A DNA stretch of 64,000 bases, taken from an uncultured Pseudomonas sp. (GTDB lineage Bacteria; Pseudomonadota; Gammaproteobacteria; Pseudomonadales; Pseudomonadaceae). This document shows, piece after piece, positions 10,007 to 19,916 of the stretch (position 1 is the first letter of the stretch; every line of letters begins with the position of its first letter). Where the stretch lies: contig CAZIWV010000020.1 of NCBI GenBank assembly GCA_964543145.1, positions 2,802-66,801 on the forward strand. Direction: 5' to 3'. The position numbers and the translations under genes are program-made. The notes under the pieces are model-generated. The model searched no databases, had not been told where the DNA came from, and worked only from the letters and a program-made list of their open reading frames with translations.

Positions 10007-10086
10007 ACGCGCGTTCCGGCTGAGGTTAAGGAGCAACAACATAGTGCAGATGACAGGGGCAGCAAGGTGATTGGTCGGACGGCTTT

Positions 10087-10154
10087 CGTAGGGTGTGTTA
10101 GGCGCACCGTTGCGTTTGTCGGGCTATCGCCTGGTGCGCGGAGCACACCCTACA
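10087..10154. repeat. REP-B family hairpin doublet
   Basis: CGTAGGGTGTGTTAGGCGCACC ..N24.. GGTGCGCGGAGCACACCCTACA. It overlaps the last codons of the 636-aa ORF. Confidence 0.85.
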
Positions 10155-12060
10155 AGAGCCGCCAGGCGCCTTGGTCGAGGACGGCGTATTGCTGCCGATA
10201 GAACAATCGCCAATCGCCATGCCGTTGCGCAAAGTCATAGGCCACACCGGGCGCCGGTGCGGGCTGTTCGAATTGGCTTTCGCGCTCCGGGTTGCCCTGG
10301 CCGGGACCGGTGATCGGCACATCGCGGTTGCGCCCCAGCAAGCGCAGCAGGTGCAGTTGGCCATGGATAAAGCCTTGCAGGTGCACGTCCAGCACATCCT
10401 CGTCCAGCCAATGCAGACTCTCGTTACCTGGCTCGGCAATCGCCACGCGGTGCAACACAGCGGGCGCGTCGGCGAAAGCGATCAGGGCAATATAGCCGCC
10501 GCAATCAGACAAACGATGCTCCAGCACCCATTCGCCCGGCACCTGCCAGGTGCCGATCTGGCAGCGATAGGCACGCAGGTCGCCCTTCTGGCTGTCGCGC
10601 AGTGGCTGCCAGGTCATGCGCTCGCCATTTTTCAGCGGCGCACTTTGCAGCAACAGCGGTGCGTCGTTCAGCGGCAGTAGCAGATCCACTTCCGGCATGG
10701 AGGCGTAGCCCAGTTTCGGTTTGCCGCGACGGGTCTGGCCGGTTACCAGTTCTAGCTGGCTGTAGGTGTACGACGTTACCGGGCCATGGTCGCGGTATTC
10801 CAGGCACGGCTGCGCCCAGGTCATGCGCAGGCGCAGGTGCTCGGTTTCCAGGTCGATAAAGTTTGGCGAGGTGCACAACGGTTCGCGTTCTTTGGGTTGC
10901 CAGGAGTTGCTCATCAAGCGCCAGCCGCTGCGGCGTTGCCACAGCCAGAAGCCGCTGACGTCGGCGCGGCTGGCGGCGCAGACGAAGGTCTGGCCGTCTT
11001 TGCTAAAAACCACGCTGGGGTCGGGTTGCATCAGCATCAGGCCGGTGGCCTGGCCGTCGAGTATCAGCTCGCCCAACGGGTTGCGCAGCGGTTCCAGTGG
11101 GTCGCCGAGGTCCATCAGCTTTTCCGGCAGCCAGGCACGCAGTTCCAGGGTAGGCGCCGACGGTGGCGAGGCCAGTGTGCGGCTCTGGTGGTCGGCTTGT
11201 AGGTACTGCCAATAGCTGTCGGGCAGCCATAGGTCCTGGATGCCGACAAAGGTTTCGACCCGCTGTGCGCCGGCTTTCAGTTCTTCGATGTCGGCGCTGT
11301 AGGGCGCGTCGCAGGTCAATGGGCTGACCCGGCCAAGCACGTGGGTGGCGCTGACTTCGTCCAGTTCCCAGAACTGGCTGACACTGCAATGGTAGAGCAG
11401 GCGCTGTTTGCGGTCGTAAATCAGCAGACTCCATTCGTTGCGACTCGGCGCCGGTGAAACGAAGTAGCGGCCGTCGCTGGAGAATTGCGCCGAAGGATTG
11501 CCATTGAAAATCACGCTGCCGTCGGGCAGCAGGTAGTCGCACACCACCGGCCCGCCCATGGCGATTTCGCTTTCGCCCAGCAGCCGTACCGGCTGGCCTT
11601 CTGGCGTTAGGCGCGGTTCGCCGCCGCCCCAGGCGCTGGCTCCGCGCACGGCAAAGGGCGTGGGCAGCGGCATCACCTGGGTGTCGTCGCCGGCTTGGGT
11701 CGGTTTTTGTGCCAGCAGATTCAGGCCGAGGCGTTTTTCCAGATGGCTGATCAGCAACAGGCCGCCGATGATGACCAGCGCCCCGGTGCAGAAGGCCAGC
11801 CAGAAAACCGGAATGGCCCGACCGAAGCCAATCCCTAAGCCAATGCTCCAGAAAAAATTCAGCTGTTGCAGACGGTAAGGCACGCCGCCGCGTAGCCAGT
11901 TAACCAGCCACGCCAGCGGCAGATAAAGCAGCCAGCCGATAACGCCAAGGGTTAGCGGGGCGAATACGGGTGTCAGCAGGGTGAGGGCGATCCAGCCCAG
12001 CTCCAGTACTAATTCCAGTAGCAAGTACGCAACGGTTTTTGTCGCTTGTTGGTCGGCCAT
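10150..12060 (-). CDS. Hypothetical membrane protein: four N-terminal TM helices plus a ~520-aa domain of unknown family
   Basis: Uninterrupted 636-aa ORF starting 27 nt after the ltaE stop on the same strand. Hydrophobic N-terminus. Two S(S/K)DG(R/Q)xFV strands reminiscent of PD40/TolB beta-propeller blades. No catalytic motif recognised. Confidence 0.7.
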   Translation of the reverse strand: MADQQATKTVAYLLLELVLELGWIALTLLTPVFAPLTLGVIGWLLYLPLAWLVNWLRGGVPYRLQQLNFFWSIGLGIGFGRAIPVFWLAFCTGALVIIGGLLLISHLEKRLGLNLLAQKPTQAGDDTQVMPLPTPFAVRGASAWGGGEPRLTPEGQPVRLLGESEIAMGGPVVCDYLLPDGSVIFNGNPSAQFSSDGRYFVSPAPSRNEWSLLIYDRKQRLLYHCSVSQFWELDEVSATHVLGRVSPLTCDAPYSADIEELKAGAQRVETFVGIQDLWLPDSYWQYLQADHQSRTLASPPSAPTLELRAWLPEKLMDLGDPLEPLRNPLGELILDGQATGLMLMQPDPSVVFSKDGQTFVCAASRADVSGFWLWQRRSGWRLMSNSWQPKEREPLCTSPNFIDLETEHLRLRMTWAQPCLEYRDHGPVTSYTYSQLELVTGQTRRGKPKLGYASMPEVDLLLPLNDAPLLLQSAPLKNGERMTWQPLRDSQKGDLRAYRCQIGTWQVPGEWVLEHRLSDCGGYIALIAFADAPAVLHRVAIAEPGNESLHWLDEDVLDVHLQGFIHGQLHLLRLLGRNRDVPITGPGQGNPERESQFEQPAPAPGVAYDFAQRHGDWRLFYRQQYAVLDQGAWRLL

Positions 12061-12087
12061 GAACAGCTCGGTGATGGGCGGTAAAAA

Positions 12088-13128
12088 TCAGGCCTGCATC
12101 ACCAAGCGGATATCCGCAGCGAGCTGACGTACACGTTCTTCCTCGGTATCCCACGAGCACATAAACCGCGCGCCGCCAGCACCAATAAAGGTGTAGAAAC
12201 GCCAGTCGCGCGCGCGCAAGGCTTCAATGGCCGGCTCCGAAAGTTGCAGAAACACGCCGTTGGCTTCTACCGGGAACATCAGGCTGACGCCTGGAATGTC
12301 ACTGACCAATTCGGCCAGCAACCGTGCGCAATGGTTGGCGTGGCGGGCGTATTTCAGCCAGGCGTCGTTTTCCAGCAAGCCAACCCAGGGCGCCGAGAGA
12401 AAACGCATTTTCGACGCCAACTGCCCAGCCTGCTTGCAGCGGTAGTCGAAGTCGACCGCCAGGTCTTTGTTAAAGAACAGAATCGCCTCACCGACGGCCA
12501 TGCCGTTTTTCGTGCCGCCAAAACACAGCACGTCGATACCGGCTTTCCACGTCAGCTCGGCCGGCGAGCAGTCGAGAAAGGCGCAGGCGTTGGCGAAGCG
12601 GGCGCCGTCCATATGCAGGTTGAGGCCCAGCTCGTGGCAGGTGGCGCTGATGGCTTTGAGTTCTTCGGGGCGGTAGACGCTGCCTATTTCGGTGGCCTGG
12701 GTAAGGGTGACCACGCGCGGTTTGGGGTAGTGGATATCTTGGCGCTTAAGGGCAATTTCGCGGATCGCGGCGGGTGTCAGCTTGCCGTTTTCGGTGCGCG
12801 CGGTGAGCAGTTTAGAGCCGTTGGAGAAAAACTCGGGGGCGCCGCATTCGTCGGTTTCGACGTGGGCGGTTTCTGAGCAGATAACGCTGTGGTAGCTCTG
12901 GCACAGTTGCGACAGGGCCAGGGAGTTGGCGGCGGTGCCGTTAAAGGCGAAGTACACCTCGCAGTCGGTTTCGAACAGGCGGCGGAAGTGGTCGGCGGCG
13001 CGGGCGGTCCATTGGTCATCGCCGTAGGCGCGGTCGTGGCCGTGGTTGGCTTGGGCCATGGCGGCCCAGGCTTCGGGGCAGATGCCGGAGTAGTTGTCGC
13101 TGGCGAATTGTTGGGTGGTGTCGGTCAT
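12088..13128 (-). CDS. ltaE: Low-specificity L-threonine aldolase
   Basis: 346 aa, PLP-dependent aldolase fold (..FNGTAANSLAL.., HMDGARF, FGGTKNG with the Lys). Sits beside glyA/sox as in pseudomonads. Confidence 0.9.
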   Translation of the reverse strand: MTDTTQQFASDNYSGICPEAWAAMAQANHGHDRAYGDDQWTARAADHFRRLFETDCEVYFAFNGTAANSLALSQLCQSYHSVICSETAHVETDECGAPEFFSNGSKLLTARTENGKLTPAAIREIALKRQDIHYPKPRVVTLTQATEIGSVYRPEELKAISATCHELGLNLHMDGARFANACAFLDCSPAELTWKAGIDVLCFGGTKNGMAVGEAILFFNKDLAVDFDYRCKQAGQLASKMRFLSAPWVGLLENDAWLKYARHANHCARLLAELVSDIPGVSLMFPVEANGVFLQLSEPAIEALRARDWRFYTFIGAGGARFMCSWDTEEERVRQLAADIRLVMQA

Positions 13129-13189
13129 GGTGATGGGGTCTCTTTACGGCGATGGGCAACACTGTAGCGCGGCGCGGTGGTTCTGTCGT

Positions 13190-13560
13190 AGGGCTCGGAG
13201 GGTGTGCCGGTCCGCGTACGGTGTGCGCACCGGCTTTTGCTTTTTGTTCTGCGGTGTTCTTCTTTACCGCGTTGGATGAACGTTTGGTTTCGCGCCTTAC
13301 GCGCGACTCACTTTTTCCAGTGGCCGGGATGCCGGACCAGAAAAAAGTAAGCAAAAACGCTTGCCCCTACCTTGGCCTTCCGCTGCGCTCCAGGTCCCCT
13401 CCCTCCGTCGTTGCTCCAGGGGTCGGCGTGCAGGGCCATCCCTGGCCCCACGCCTTTCGCGGCTCCTGCCGCTCAACCCCCTACGCAACGACTCCGTTCG
13501 GCCTGCGATAAACGGGGCGTGTGGATCAACAGCCAGATCAAGATCACAAGCGCTTGATCT
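13190..13560 (+). repeat. Dispersed ~350-bp intergenic element, copy A (upstream of glyA)
   Basis: Aligns by eye along most of its length with 23117-23490, e.g. GCGCACCGGCTTTTG, AACGTTTGGTTTCGCGCCTTACGCGCGA, CTTGCCCCTACCTTGG, CGTCGTTGCTCCAGGGG, GCCGCTCAACCCC, CGGCCTGCGATAAACGGGGCG, GATCAACAGCCAGATCAA. Ends in the hairpin AGATCAAG-N10-CTTGATCT. Confidence 0.8.
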
Positions 13561-13754
13561 TCGTAGGAGCGAGGGGCTTAGGCTGTGGGTTTTTTATCTT
13601 TTGGTTTGGTGGTCAGTTTGAGCACTTTGATGTCGCAAACAGGCATATGGCTGTGCTGGCTATTTCGCAGAATCGCTAACAACGCAGGACCGCCCACTAG
13701 CTTGGGCGGGCGCCCATAACAATGATGCGGCAGCCGCTGTCGCTGGAGACCGAG

Positions 13755-15008
13755 ATGTTTAGCAAAAACGACCAGATCAAAGGCTATGACGATGAACTGC
13801 TGGCTTATATCGATGCTGAAGAAGCACGCCAGGAGCATCACATTGAACTGATCGCCTCGGAGAACTACACCAGCCAGCGGGTGATGGAAGCTCAGGGCAG
13901 CGGCCTGACCAATAAATATGCTGAAGGTTATCCAGGCAAGCGTTATTACGGCGGTTGCGAGCATGTGGATAAGGTTGAGCAGTTGGCTATCGACCGCGCT
14001 AAAGAGCTGTTCGGCGCCGATTACGCTAATGTGCAGCCGCACTCGGGTAGCCAGGCTAACGCGGCTGTTTATCTGGCGTTGTTGCAGGCCGGCGATACTG
14101 TGTTGGGCATGAGCTTGGCCCATGGCGGTCACTTGACCCACGGCGCCAAGGTGAGCTTTTCCGGCAAGTTGTACAACGCGGTGCAGTACGGCATCGACAC
14201 CACCACTGGCCTGATCGATTACGACGAAGTTGAGCGTCTGGCCCTGGAGCACAAGCCGAAGATGATCATCGCCGGTTTCTCGGCCTACTCGAAAACCCTC
14301 GACTTCCCACGCTTCCGTGAGATCGCTGACAAGGTTGGCGCTTACTTCTTCGTTGATATGGCCCACGTTGCCGGTCTGGTAGCCGCAGGTCTGTACCCGA
14401 ACCCGCTGCCCTATGCCGATGTGGTTACCACCACCACGCACAAAACCCTGCGCGGCCCACGCGGCGGTCTGATCTTGGCTAAGGCCAATCCGGATCTGGA
14501 AAAGAAATTCCAGGCTGCTGTGTTCCCTGGTGGCCAGGGCGGCCCGCTGATGCATGTGATCGCGGCCAAGGCGGTGTGCTTTAAAGAAGCCCTGGAGCCC
14601 AGCTTTAAGGCCTATCAGCAGCAAGTGATCGACAACGCCCAGGCCATGGCCGGCGTGTTTATCCAGCGCGGCTACGATGTAGTGTCCGGCGGTACCGATA
14701 ACCACCTGTTCCTGGTCAGCCTGATTCGCCAGGGTCTGACCGGCAAGGACGCTGACGCCGCCCTTGGCCGCGCCGGTATCACTGTGAACAAAAACGCCGT
14801 ACCCAATGACCCACAGTCGCCCTTCGTGACTTCGGGCCTGCGTATCGGCACCCCGGCCATCACCACCCGTGGTTTTAAAGTGGCGCAGAGCGTGGAATTG
14901 GCTGGTTGGATTTGCGACATCCTTGACCACTTGGGCGATGCCGATGTCGAGGCGCAGGTGGCCAAGCAGGCTGCTGCGTTGTGCGCGGATTTCCCGGTTT
15001 ACAAGTGA
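13755..15008 (+). CDS. glyA: Serine hydroxymethyltransferase
   Basis: Start at M12 ([16 protein letters not shown]). PLP-Lys motif [14 protein letters not shown]. 417 aa. Confidence 0.95.
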   Translation: MFSKNDQIKGYDDELLAYIDAEEARQEHHIELIASENYTSQRVMEAQGSGLTNKYAEGYPGKRYYGGCEHVDKVEQLAIDRAKELFGADYANVQPHSGSQANAAVYLALLQAGDTVLGMSLAHGGHLTHGAKVSFSGKLYNAVQYGIDTTTGLIDYDEVERLALEHKPKMIIAGFSAYSKTLDFPRFREIADKVGAYFFVDMAHVAGLVAAGLYPNPLPYADVVTTTTHKTLRGPRGGLILAKANPDLEKKFQAAVFPGGQGGPLMHVIAAKAVCFKEALEPSFKAYQQQVIDNAQAMAGVFIQRGYDVVSGGTDNHLFLVSLIRQGLTGKDADAALGRAGITVNKNAVPNDPQSPFVTSGLRIGTPAITTRGFKVAQSVELAGWICDILDHLGDADVEAQVAKQAAALCADFPVYK

Positions 15009-15077
15009 TCTCACCCGTTTGAATTACCCGCCCCTGCCAGCAGTCGGCAGGGGGTGCAGCAGCGAGGAGCACCTCTC

Positions 15078-16328
15078 ATGCAACGTTATTCCGGCTTCGG
15101 CCTGTTCAAGCACTCGCTCAGCCATAACGAAAACTGGCAGCGCATGTGGCGTAACCCAACGCCTAAGCCGGTGTACGACGTGATTATCGTCGGCGGTGGC
15201 GGCCACGGTCTGGCTACGGCCTATTACCTGGCCAAAGTGCACGGCATCACCAATGTGGCGGTGATCGAAAAGGGTTACCTGGGCGGCGGTAATACCGCGC
15301 GCAACACCACCATCGTGCGGTCCAACTACCTGTGGGATGAGTCGGCGCACCTGTACGAACACGCGATGAAGTTGTGGGAAGGCCTGTCGCAAGACATCAA
15401 CTACAACGTGATGTTCTCGCCCCGTGGCGTCTACAACCTGTGCCACACCCTGCAAGACATGCGCGATTCCGAGCGTCGGGTCAGCGCCAACCGCTTGAAC
15501 GGCATTGACGGCGAACTGCTGGATGCCAAGCAAACCGCCGCTGAAATTCCGTATCTCGATTGCTCCAAGAACACCCGCTACCCGGTAATGGGCGCCACCG
15601 TGCAACGTCGTGCTGGCGTGGCCCGTCACGACGCCGTGGCCTGGGGTTATGCCCGTGCTGCCGACGCCTTGGGCGTGGACCTGATTCAGCAGACCGAAGT
15701 GATCGGTTTCCGTAAGGAAAACGGCGTGGTGATTGGCGTTGAAACCAGCAAAGGCTTCATTGGTGGCAAACGTGTGGGTGTGGTCACTGCCGGTAACTCC
15801 GGGCATATGGCCAAGCTCGCCGGTTTCCGCTTGCCGCTGGAAAGCCATCCGCTGCAAGCGCTGGTGTCCGAGCCGATCAAGCCGATTATCGACAGCGTGA
15901 TTATGTCCAACGCCGTACACGGCTATATCAGCCAGTCGGACAAAGGCGACCTGGTGATCGGTGCCGGTATCGACGGCTATGTTGGCTACGGCCAGCGCGG
16001 TTCTTACCCGACTATCGAACACACCCTGCAAGCCATCGTCGAGATGTTCCCGGTACTCAGCCGCGTACGCATGAACCGCCAATGGGGCGGCATTGTGGAC
16101 ACCTCGCCAGACGCCTGCCCGATCATCAGCAAAACCCCGGTGCCTAACCTGTTCTTCAACTGCGGTTGGGGCACCGGCGGTTTTAAAGCCACTCCAGGGT
16201 CGGGCCATGTGTTTGCCGCCAGCCTGGCCACGGGGGAGATGCACCCGTTGGCCAAACCGTTCTCGATGGACCGTTTCCACAACGGCGCATTGATTGATGA
16301 GCATGGTGCTGCAGCGGTGGCTCACTAA
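15078..16328 (+). CDS. soxB: Sarcosine oxidase beta subunit
   Basis: Start at M9 (MQRYSGFGLFKHSLSHNENW). FAD Rossmann motif DVIIVGGGGHGLATAYYLA. 416 aa. Confidence 0.95.
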   Translation: MQRYSGFGLFKHSLSHNENWQRMWRNPTPKPVYDVIIVGGGGHGLATAYYLAKVHGITNVAVIEKGYLGGGNTARNTTIVRSNYLWDESAHLYEHAMKLWEGLSQDINYNVMFSPRGVYNLCHTLQDMRDSERRVSANRLNGIDGELLDAKQTAAEIPYLDCSKNTRYPVMGATVQRRAGVARHDAVAWGYARAADALGVDLIQQTEVIGFRKENGVVIGVETSKGFIGGKRVGVVTAGNSGHMAKLAGFRLPLESHPLQALVSEPIKPIIDSVIMSNAVHGYISQSDKGDLVIGAGIDGYVGYGQRGSYPTIEHTLQAIVEMFPVLSRVRMNRQWGGIVDTSPDACPIISKTPVPNLFFNCGWGTGGFKATPGSGHVFAASLATGEMHPLAKPFSMDRFHNGALIDEHGAAAVAH

Positions 16329-16354
16329 TAGGTCGCCATAGGCGACGGCTGATG

Positions 16355-16468
16355 ACCCTCGCCCGTTTACGGGAGAGGGTGCCCGCAGGGCGGGAGAGGG
16401 GCTTTTAAATCGGCAAACGCCAAAAGCCCCTCTCCCCCAGCCCCTCTCCCGCAAGCGGGCGAGGGGAG
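16355..16468. repeat. Composite REP-A cluster (soxB-soxD spacer)
   Basis: CCCTCGCCCGTTTACGGGAGAGGGTGCCCGCAGGGCGGGAGAGGGGCTTTT..AAAAGCCCCTCTCCCCCAGCCCCTCTCCCGCAAGCGGGCGAGGGG. The same composite occurs at 28663-28935. Confidence 0.85.
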
Positions 16469-16497
16469 ACAAGTAAAGAATTCTGGAGGTACGGCCC

Positions 16498-16812
16498 ATG
16501 CTGCAAATTTTCTGCCCTCACTGTGGCGAGCTACGCGCCGAAGAGGAATTTCATGCCGCCGGCCAGGCGCATATTCCTCGCCCGCTCGACCCTAACGCCT
16601 GCACTGACGAGCAGTGGGGCGACTACATGTTTTTCCGTGATAACCCCCGTGGCATCCACCACGAGCTGTGGATTCACGCTGCCGGGTGCCGCCAGTACTT
16701 CAACGCCACCCGCGACACCATCAGCTACGAAATTTTCGAAACCTACAAAGTAGGCGAGAAACCCACCGTGACCGCCAAGCCGAAAGCAGGCGCCGCAGGA
16801 GAACAGGCATGA
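16498..16812 (+). CDS. soxD: Sarcosine oxidase delta subunit
   Basis: 104 aa with N-terminal CPHCG Zn-ribbon-like motif. Stop overlaps the soxA start (ATGA at 16809-16812). Confidence 0.9.
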   Translation: MLQIFCPHCGELRAEEEFHAAGQAHIPRPLDPNACTDEQWGDYMFFRDNPRGIHHELWIHAAGCRQYFNATRDTISYEIFETYKVGEKPTVTAKPKAGAAGEQA

Positions 16813-19800
16813 GCCAGATCAACCGCCTGAGTAACGGTGGCCGGATCAACCGTAACCAGCCGCTGACTTTCACCTTTAACGGCACCACCTACCAAGGTTT
16901 TGCCGGTGACACCCTGGCCGCTGCCCTGCTGGCCAACGGTGTGGACATCATCGGCCGCAGCTTCAAATATTCCCGCCCTCGCGGCATCGTTGCCGCGGGC
17001 GCTGAAGAGCCCAACGCCGTGTTGCAGATCGGTTCCCGTGAAGCCACGCAAATCCCTAACGTGCGTGCCACCCAACAGGCGCTGTACAGCGGCTTGGTAG
17101 CCAGCAGCACCAACGGCTGGCCCAGCGTAAACAACGACGTCATGGGGATTCTGGGTAAGGTCGGCGGCGACATGATGGCGCCCGGCTTTTACTACAAGAC
17201 CTTTATGTATCCACAGTCGATGTGGATGACGTACGAGAAGTACATCCGTAAAGCCGCTGGCCTTGGCCGCGCGCCAAAAGAAAACGACCCAGACCGTTAC
17301 GACCATATGAACCAGCACTGCGACGTGCTGGTGGTTGGCGGCGGTGCCGCGGGTCTGGCTGCAGCCCTGGCTGCTGGCCGAGCCGGTGCGCGGGTGATCC
17401 TGGCCGATGAGCAGGAAGAGTTCGGTGGTCAACTACTGGACAGCCGCGAAAGCCTCGACGGTCGCCCGGCGGCTGATTGGGTGGCCAAGGCTCTGGTGGA
17501 GCTGAAGTCCATGCCGGAAGTGCTGCTACTGCCGCGCTCCACGGTTAACGGCTACCACGACCATAACTTCCTCACCATTCACGAGCGCCGCTTCGACCAC
17601 CTGGGCGAAACCGCACCGATGGGCGAGACGCGCCAGCGTATGCACCGTGTGCGCGCCAAGCGCGTAGTGCTGGCCACCGGCGCCCATGAGCGGCCGTTGG
17701 TGTATGGCAACAACGATGTGCCGGGCAATATGCTCGCTGGCGCCGTGTCGACGTATATCCGCCGTTATGGCGTGGCGCCGGGCAAACAGCTGGTGCTGTC
17801 GACCACCAATGACTTCGCCTACCGCGTAGCGTTGGACTGGTTGGAAGCGGGCCTGAACGTCGTGGCCATCGCCGATGCGCGGCCTAATCCGCGTGGCGCC
17901 TGGGTTGAAGAAGCCCGCGCCAAGGGTATTCGTATATTGAGCAGCAGTGCCGTGATTGAAACCCGCGGCAGCAAACGCGTCAGCGCCGCCCGCGTGGCCG
18001 CGATTGACCCGGTTGCGCATAAAGTTACCAGCCCAGGCGAGTGGCTGGACTGCGACACCGTGGCCAGCTCCGGCGGCTACAGCCCGGTTGTGCATTTGGC
18101 GTCGCACTTGGGCGGCAAGCCGATCTGGCGTGAAGACTTGCTGGCCTTTGTGCCGGGTGAAGGCTTCCAGAAACGTGTGTGTGCCGGTGCCGTTAACGGC
18201 GTGTTTGCCCTGGGCGACGTGTTGGCCGATGGCTTTGAAGCCGGGGTAAAAGCCGCTGGCGAAGTTGGCTTTGCGCCCATCAGCGGTGAAGTACCGAGCG
18301 TGGCTGCGCGCAGCGAAGAAGCCAGCATCGCGCTGTTCCAAGTGCCGCACGAGAAACCGACCGCCCGGGCACCGAAGCAATTCGTTGACCTGCAAAACGA
18401 CGTGACCAGCGCCGGTATCGAGCTGGCCACCCGCGAAGGCTTCGAGTCGGTTGAACACGTAAAACGCTACACCGCCCTGGGCTTTGGTACCGACCAAGGC
18501 AAGCTCGGCAATATCAACGGTCTGGCGATTGCGGCGCGCTCCATCGGCATCAGCATTACCCAGATGGGCACCACCATGTTCCGCCCCAACTACACCCCGG
18601 TGACCTTTGGCTCCGTGGCGGGGCGCAACTGCGGCGCCTTGTTTGACCCGGTGCGCTACACCGCGCTGCACGCTTGGCACCTGGCGCAAGGCGCCGAGTT
18701 CGAAGACGTCGGCCAGTGGAAACGCCCGTGGTACTTCCCGAAAAAAGGTGAAGATCTGCACGCCGCTGTTGGCCGCGAGTGCAAAGCCGTGCGCGATAGC
18801 GTCGGCCTGCTGGACGCTTCCACCCTGGGCAAAATCGATATTCAAGGCCCTGATGCCCGCGAGTTCTTGAACCGCGTGTACACCAACGCCTGGACCAAGC
18901 TCGACGTGGGTAAAGCCCGCTACGGCCTGATGTGTAAAGAAGACGGCATGGTGTTCGACGACGGCGTAACCGCCTGCCTGGCCGACAACCACTTCCTGAT
19001 GACCACCACCACGGGCGGCGCCGCGCGCGTGATGCAGTGGCTGGAGATCTACCACCAGACCGAGTGGCCAGAGCTGAAGGTGTACTTCACCTCGGTTACC
19101 GACCACTGGGCGACCATGACCCTGTCCGGCCCCAACAGCCGCAAGCTGCTGGCCGAAGTCACTGACATCGATCTGGACCGTGAAGGCTTCCCCTTTATGA
19201 CCTGGAAAGAGGGCCTGGTGGGTGGTGTGCCGGCGCGCGTGTTCCGTATCTCCTTTACCGGTGAGCTGTCGTACGAAGTCAACGTACAAGCCGACTACGC
19301 CATGGGTGTGCTGGAAAAAATCGTTGAGGCCGGCAAGAAATACAACCTCACCCCGTATGGCACCGAGACCATGCACGTACTGCGGGCCGAGAAGGGCTTC
19401 ATCATTGTTGGCCAGGACACCGATGGTTCGGTCACCCCGGACGACCTGAATATGGGCTGGTGCGTTGGCCGCACCAAACCGTTCTCGTGGATCGGCTGGC
19501 GCGGCATGAACCGTGAAGACTGCGTAAGGGAAAACCGTAAGCAGTTGGTGGGCTTGAAACCGGTTGATCCGAAGTTTGTGCTGCCTGAAGGCGCGCAACT
19601 GGTGTTTGACACCAAGCAGCAGATTCCGATGGCCATGGTGGGTCACGTCACCTCCAGCTACTACAGCGCCAGCCTGGGTTACAGCTTTGCCCTGGCGATG
19701 GTGAAAGGTGGGCTCAAGCGCATGGGCGAGAAGGTCTACGCGCCCCTTGCTGATGGCCGCTTTGTTGAGGCGGAGATTTGTAGCTCGGTGTTCTTCGACC

Positions 19801-19826
19801 CGAAAGGGGAGCAGCAGAATGTGTGA
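16809..19826 (+). CDS. soxA: Sarcosine oxidase alpha subunit
   Basis: Start at M48 of the ORF (MSQINRLSNGG..). Dinucleotide motif DVLVVGGGAAGLAAALAA and a C-terminal GcvT-like folate-binding domain. 1005 aa. Confidence 0.95.
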   Translation: MSQINRLSNGGRINRNQPLTFTFNGTTYQGFAGDTLAAALLANGVDIIGRSFKYSRPRGIVAAGAEEPNAVLQIGSREATQIPNVRATQQALYSGLVASSTNGWPSVNNDVMGILGKVGGDMMAPGFYYKTFMYPQSMWMTYEKYIRKAAGLGRAPKENDPDRYDHMNQHCDVLVVGGGAAGLAAALAAGRAGARVILADEQEEFGGQLLDSRESLDGRPAADWVAKALVELKSMPEVLLLPRSTVNGYHDHNFLTIHERRFDHLGETAPMGETRQRMHRVRAKRVVLATGAHERPLVYGNNDVPGNMLAGAVSTYIRRYGVAPGKQLVLSTTNDFAYRVALDWLEAGLNVVAIADARPNPRGAWVEEARAKGIRILSSSAVIETRGSKRVSAARVAAIDPVAHKVTSPGEWLDCDTVASSGGYSPVVHLASHLGGKPIWREDLLAFVPGEGFQKRVCAGAVNGVFALGDVLADGFEAGVKAAGEVGFAPISGEVPSVAARSEEASIALFQVPHEKPTARAPKQFVDLQNDVTSAGIELATREGFESVEHVKRYTALGFGTDQGKLGNINGLAIAARSIGISITQMGTTMFRPNYTPVTFGSVAGRNCGALFDPVRYTALHAWHLAQGAEFEDVGQWKRPWYFPKKGEDLHAAVGRECKAVRDSVGLLDASTLGKIDIQGPDAREFLNRVYTNAWTKLDVGKARYGLMCKEDGMVFDDGVTACLADNHFLMTTTTGGAARVMQWLEIYHQTEWPELKVYFTSVTDHWATMTLSGPNSRKLLAEVTDIDLDREGFPFMTWKEGLVGGVPARVFRISFTGELSYEVNVQADYAMGVLEKIVEAGKKYNLTPYGTETMHVLRAEKGFIIVGQDTDGSVTPDDLNMGWCVGRTKPFSWIGWRGMNREDCVRENRKQLVGLKPVDPKFVLPEGAQLVFDTKQQIPMAMVGHVTSSYYSASLGYSFALAMVKGGLKRMGEKVYAPLADGRFVEAEICSSVFFDPKGEQQNV

Positions 19827-19855
19827 TCGCACTTGCCTGCGCCCTTTGTGCGCCT

Positions 19856-19882
19856 GGGTCCCCGCCTGCGCGGGGATGACGG
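19856..19882. repeat. REP-C family single unit (soxA-soxG spacer)
   Basis: GGGTCCCCGCCTGCGCGGGGATGACGG. Confidence 0.8.
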
Positions 19883-19916
19883 GTGTTTCGTTTGATTGCT
19901 CGTTCGCGAGGTCTGT

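Noticed and set aside
13129-13754. Insertion sequence or MITE explaining the long glyA upstream spacer and its twin at 22941-23620.
   Set aside because: There is no transposase ORF, no terminal inverted repeats and no target-site duplication visible by eye. It is kept as a dispersed-repeat finding rather than a mobile-element call.
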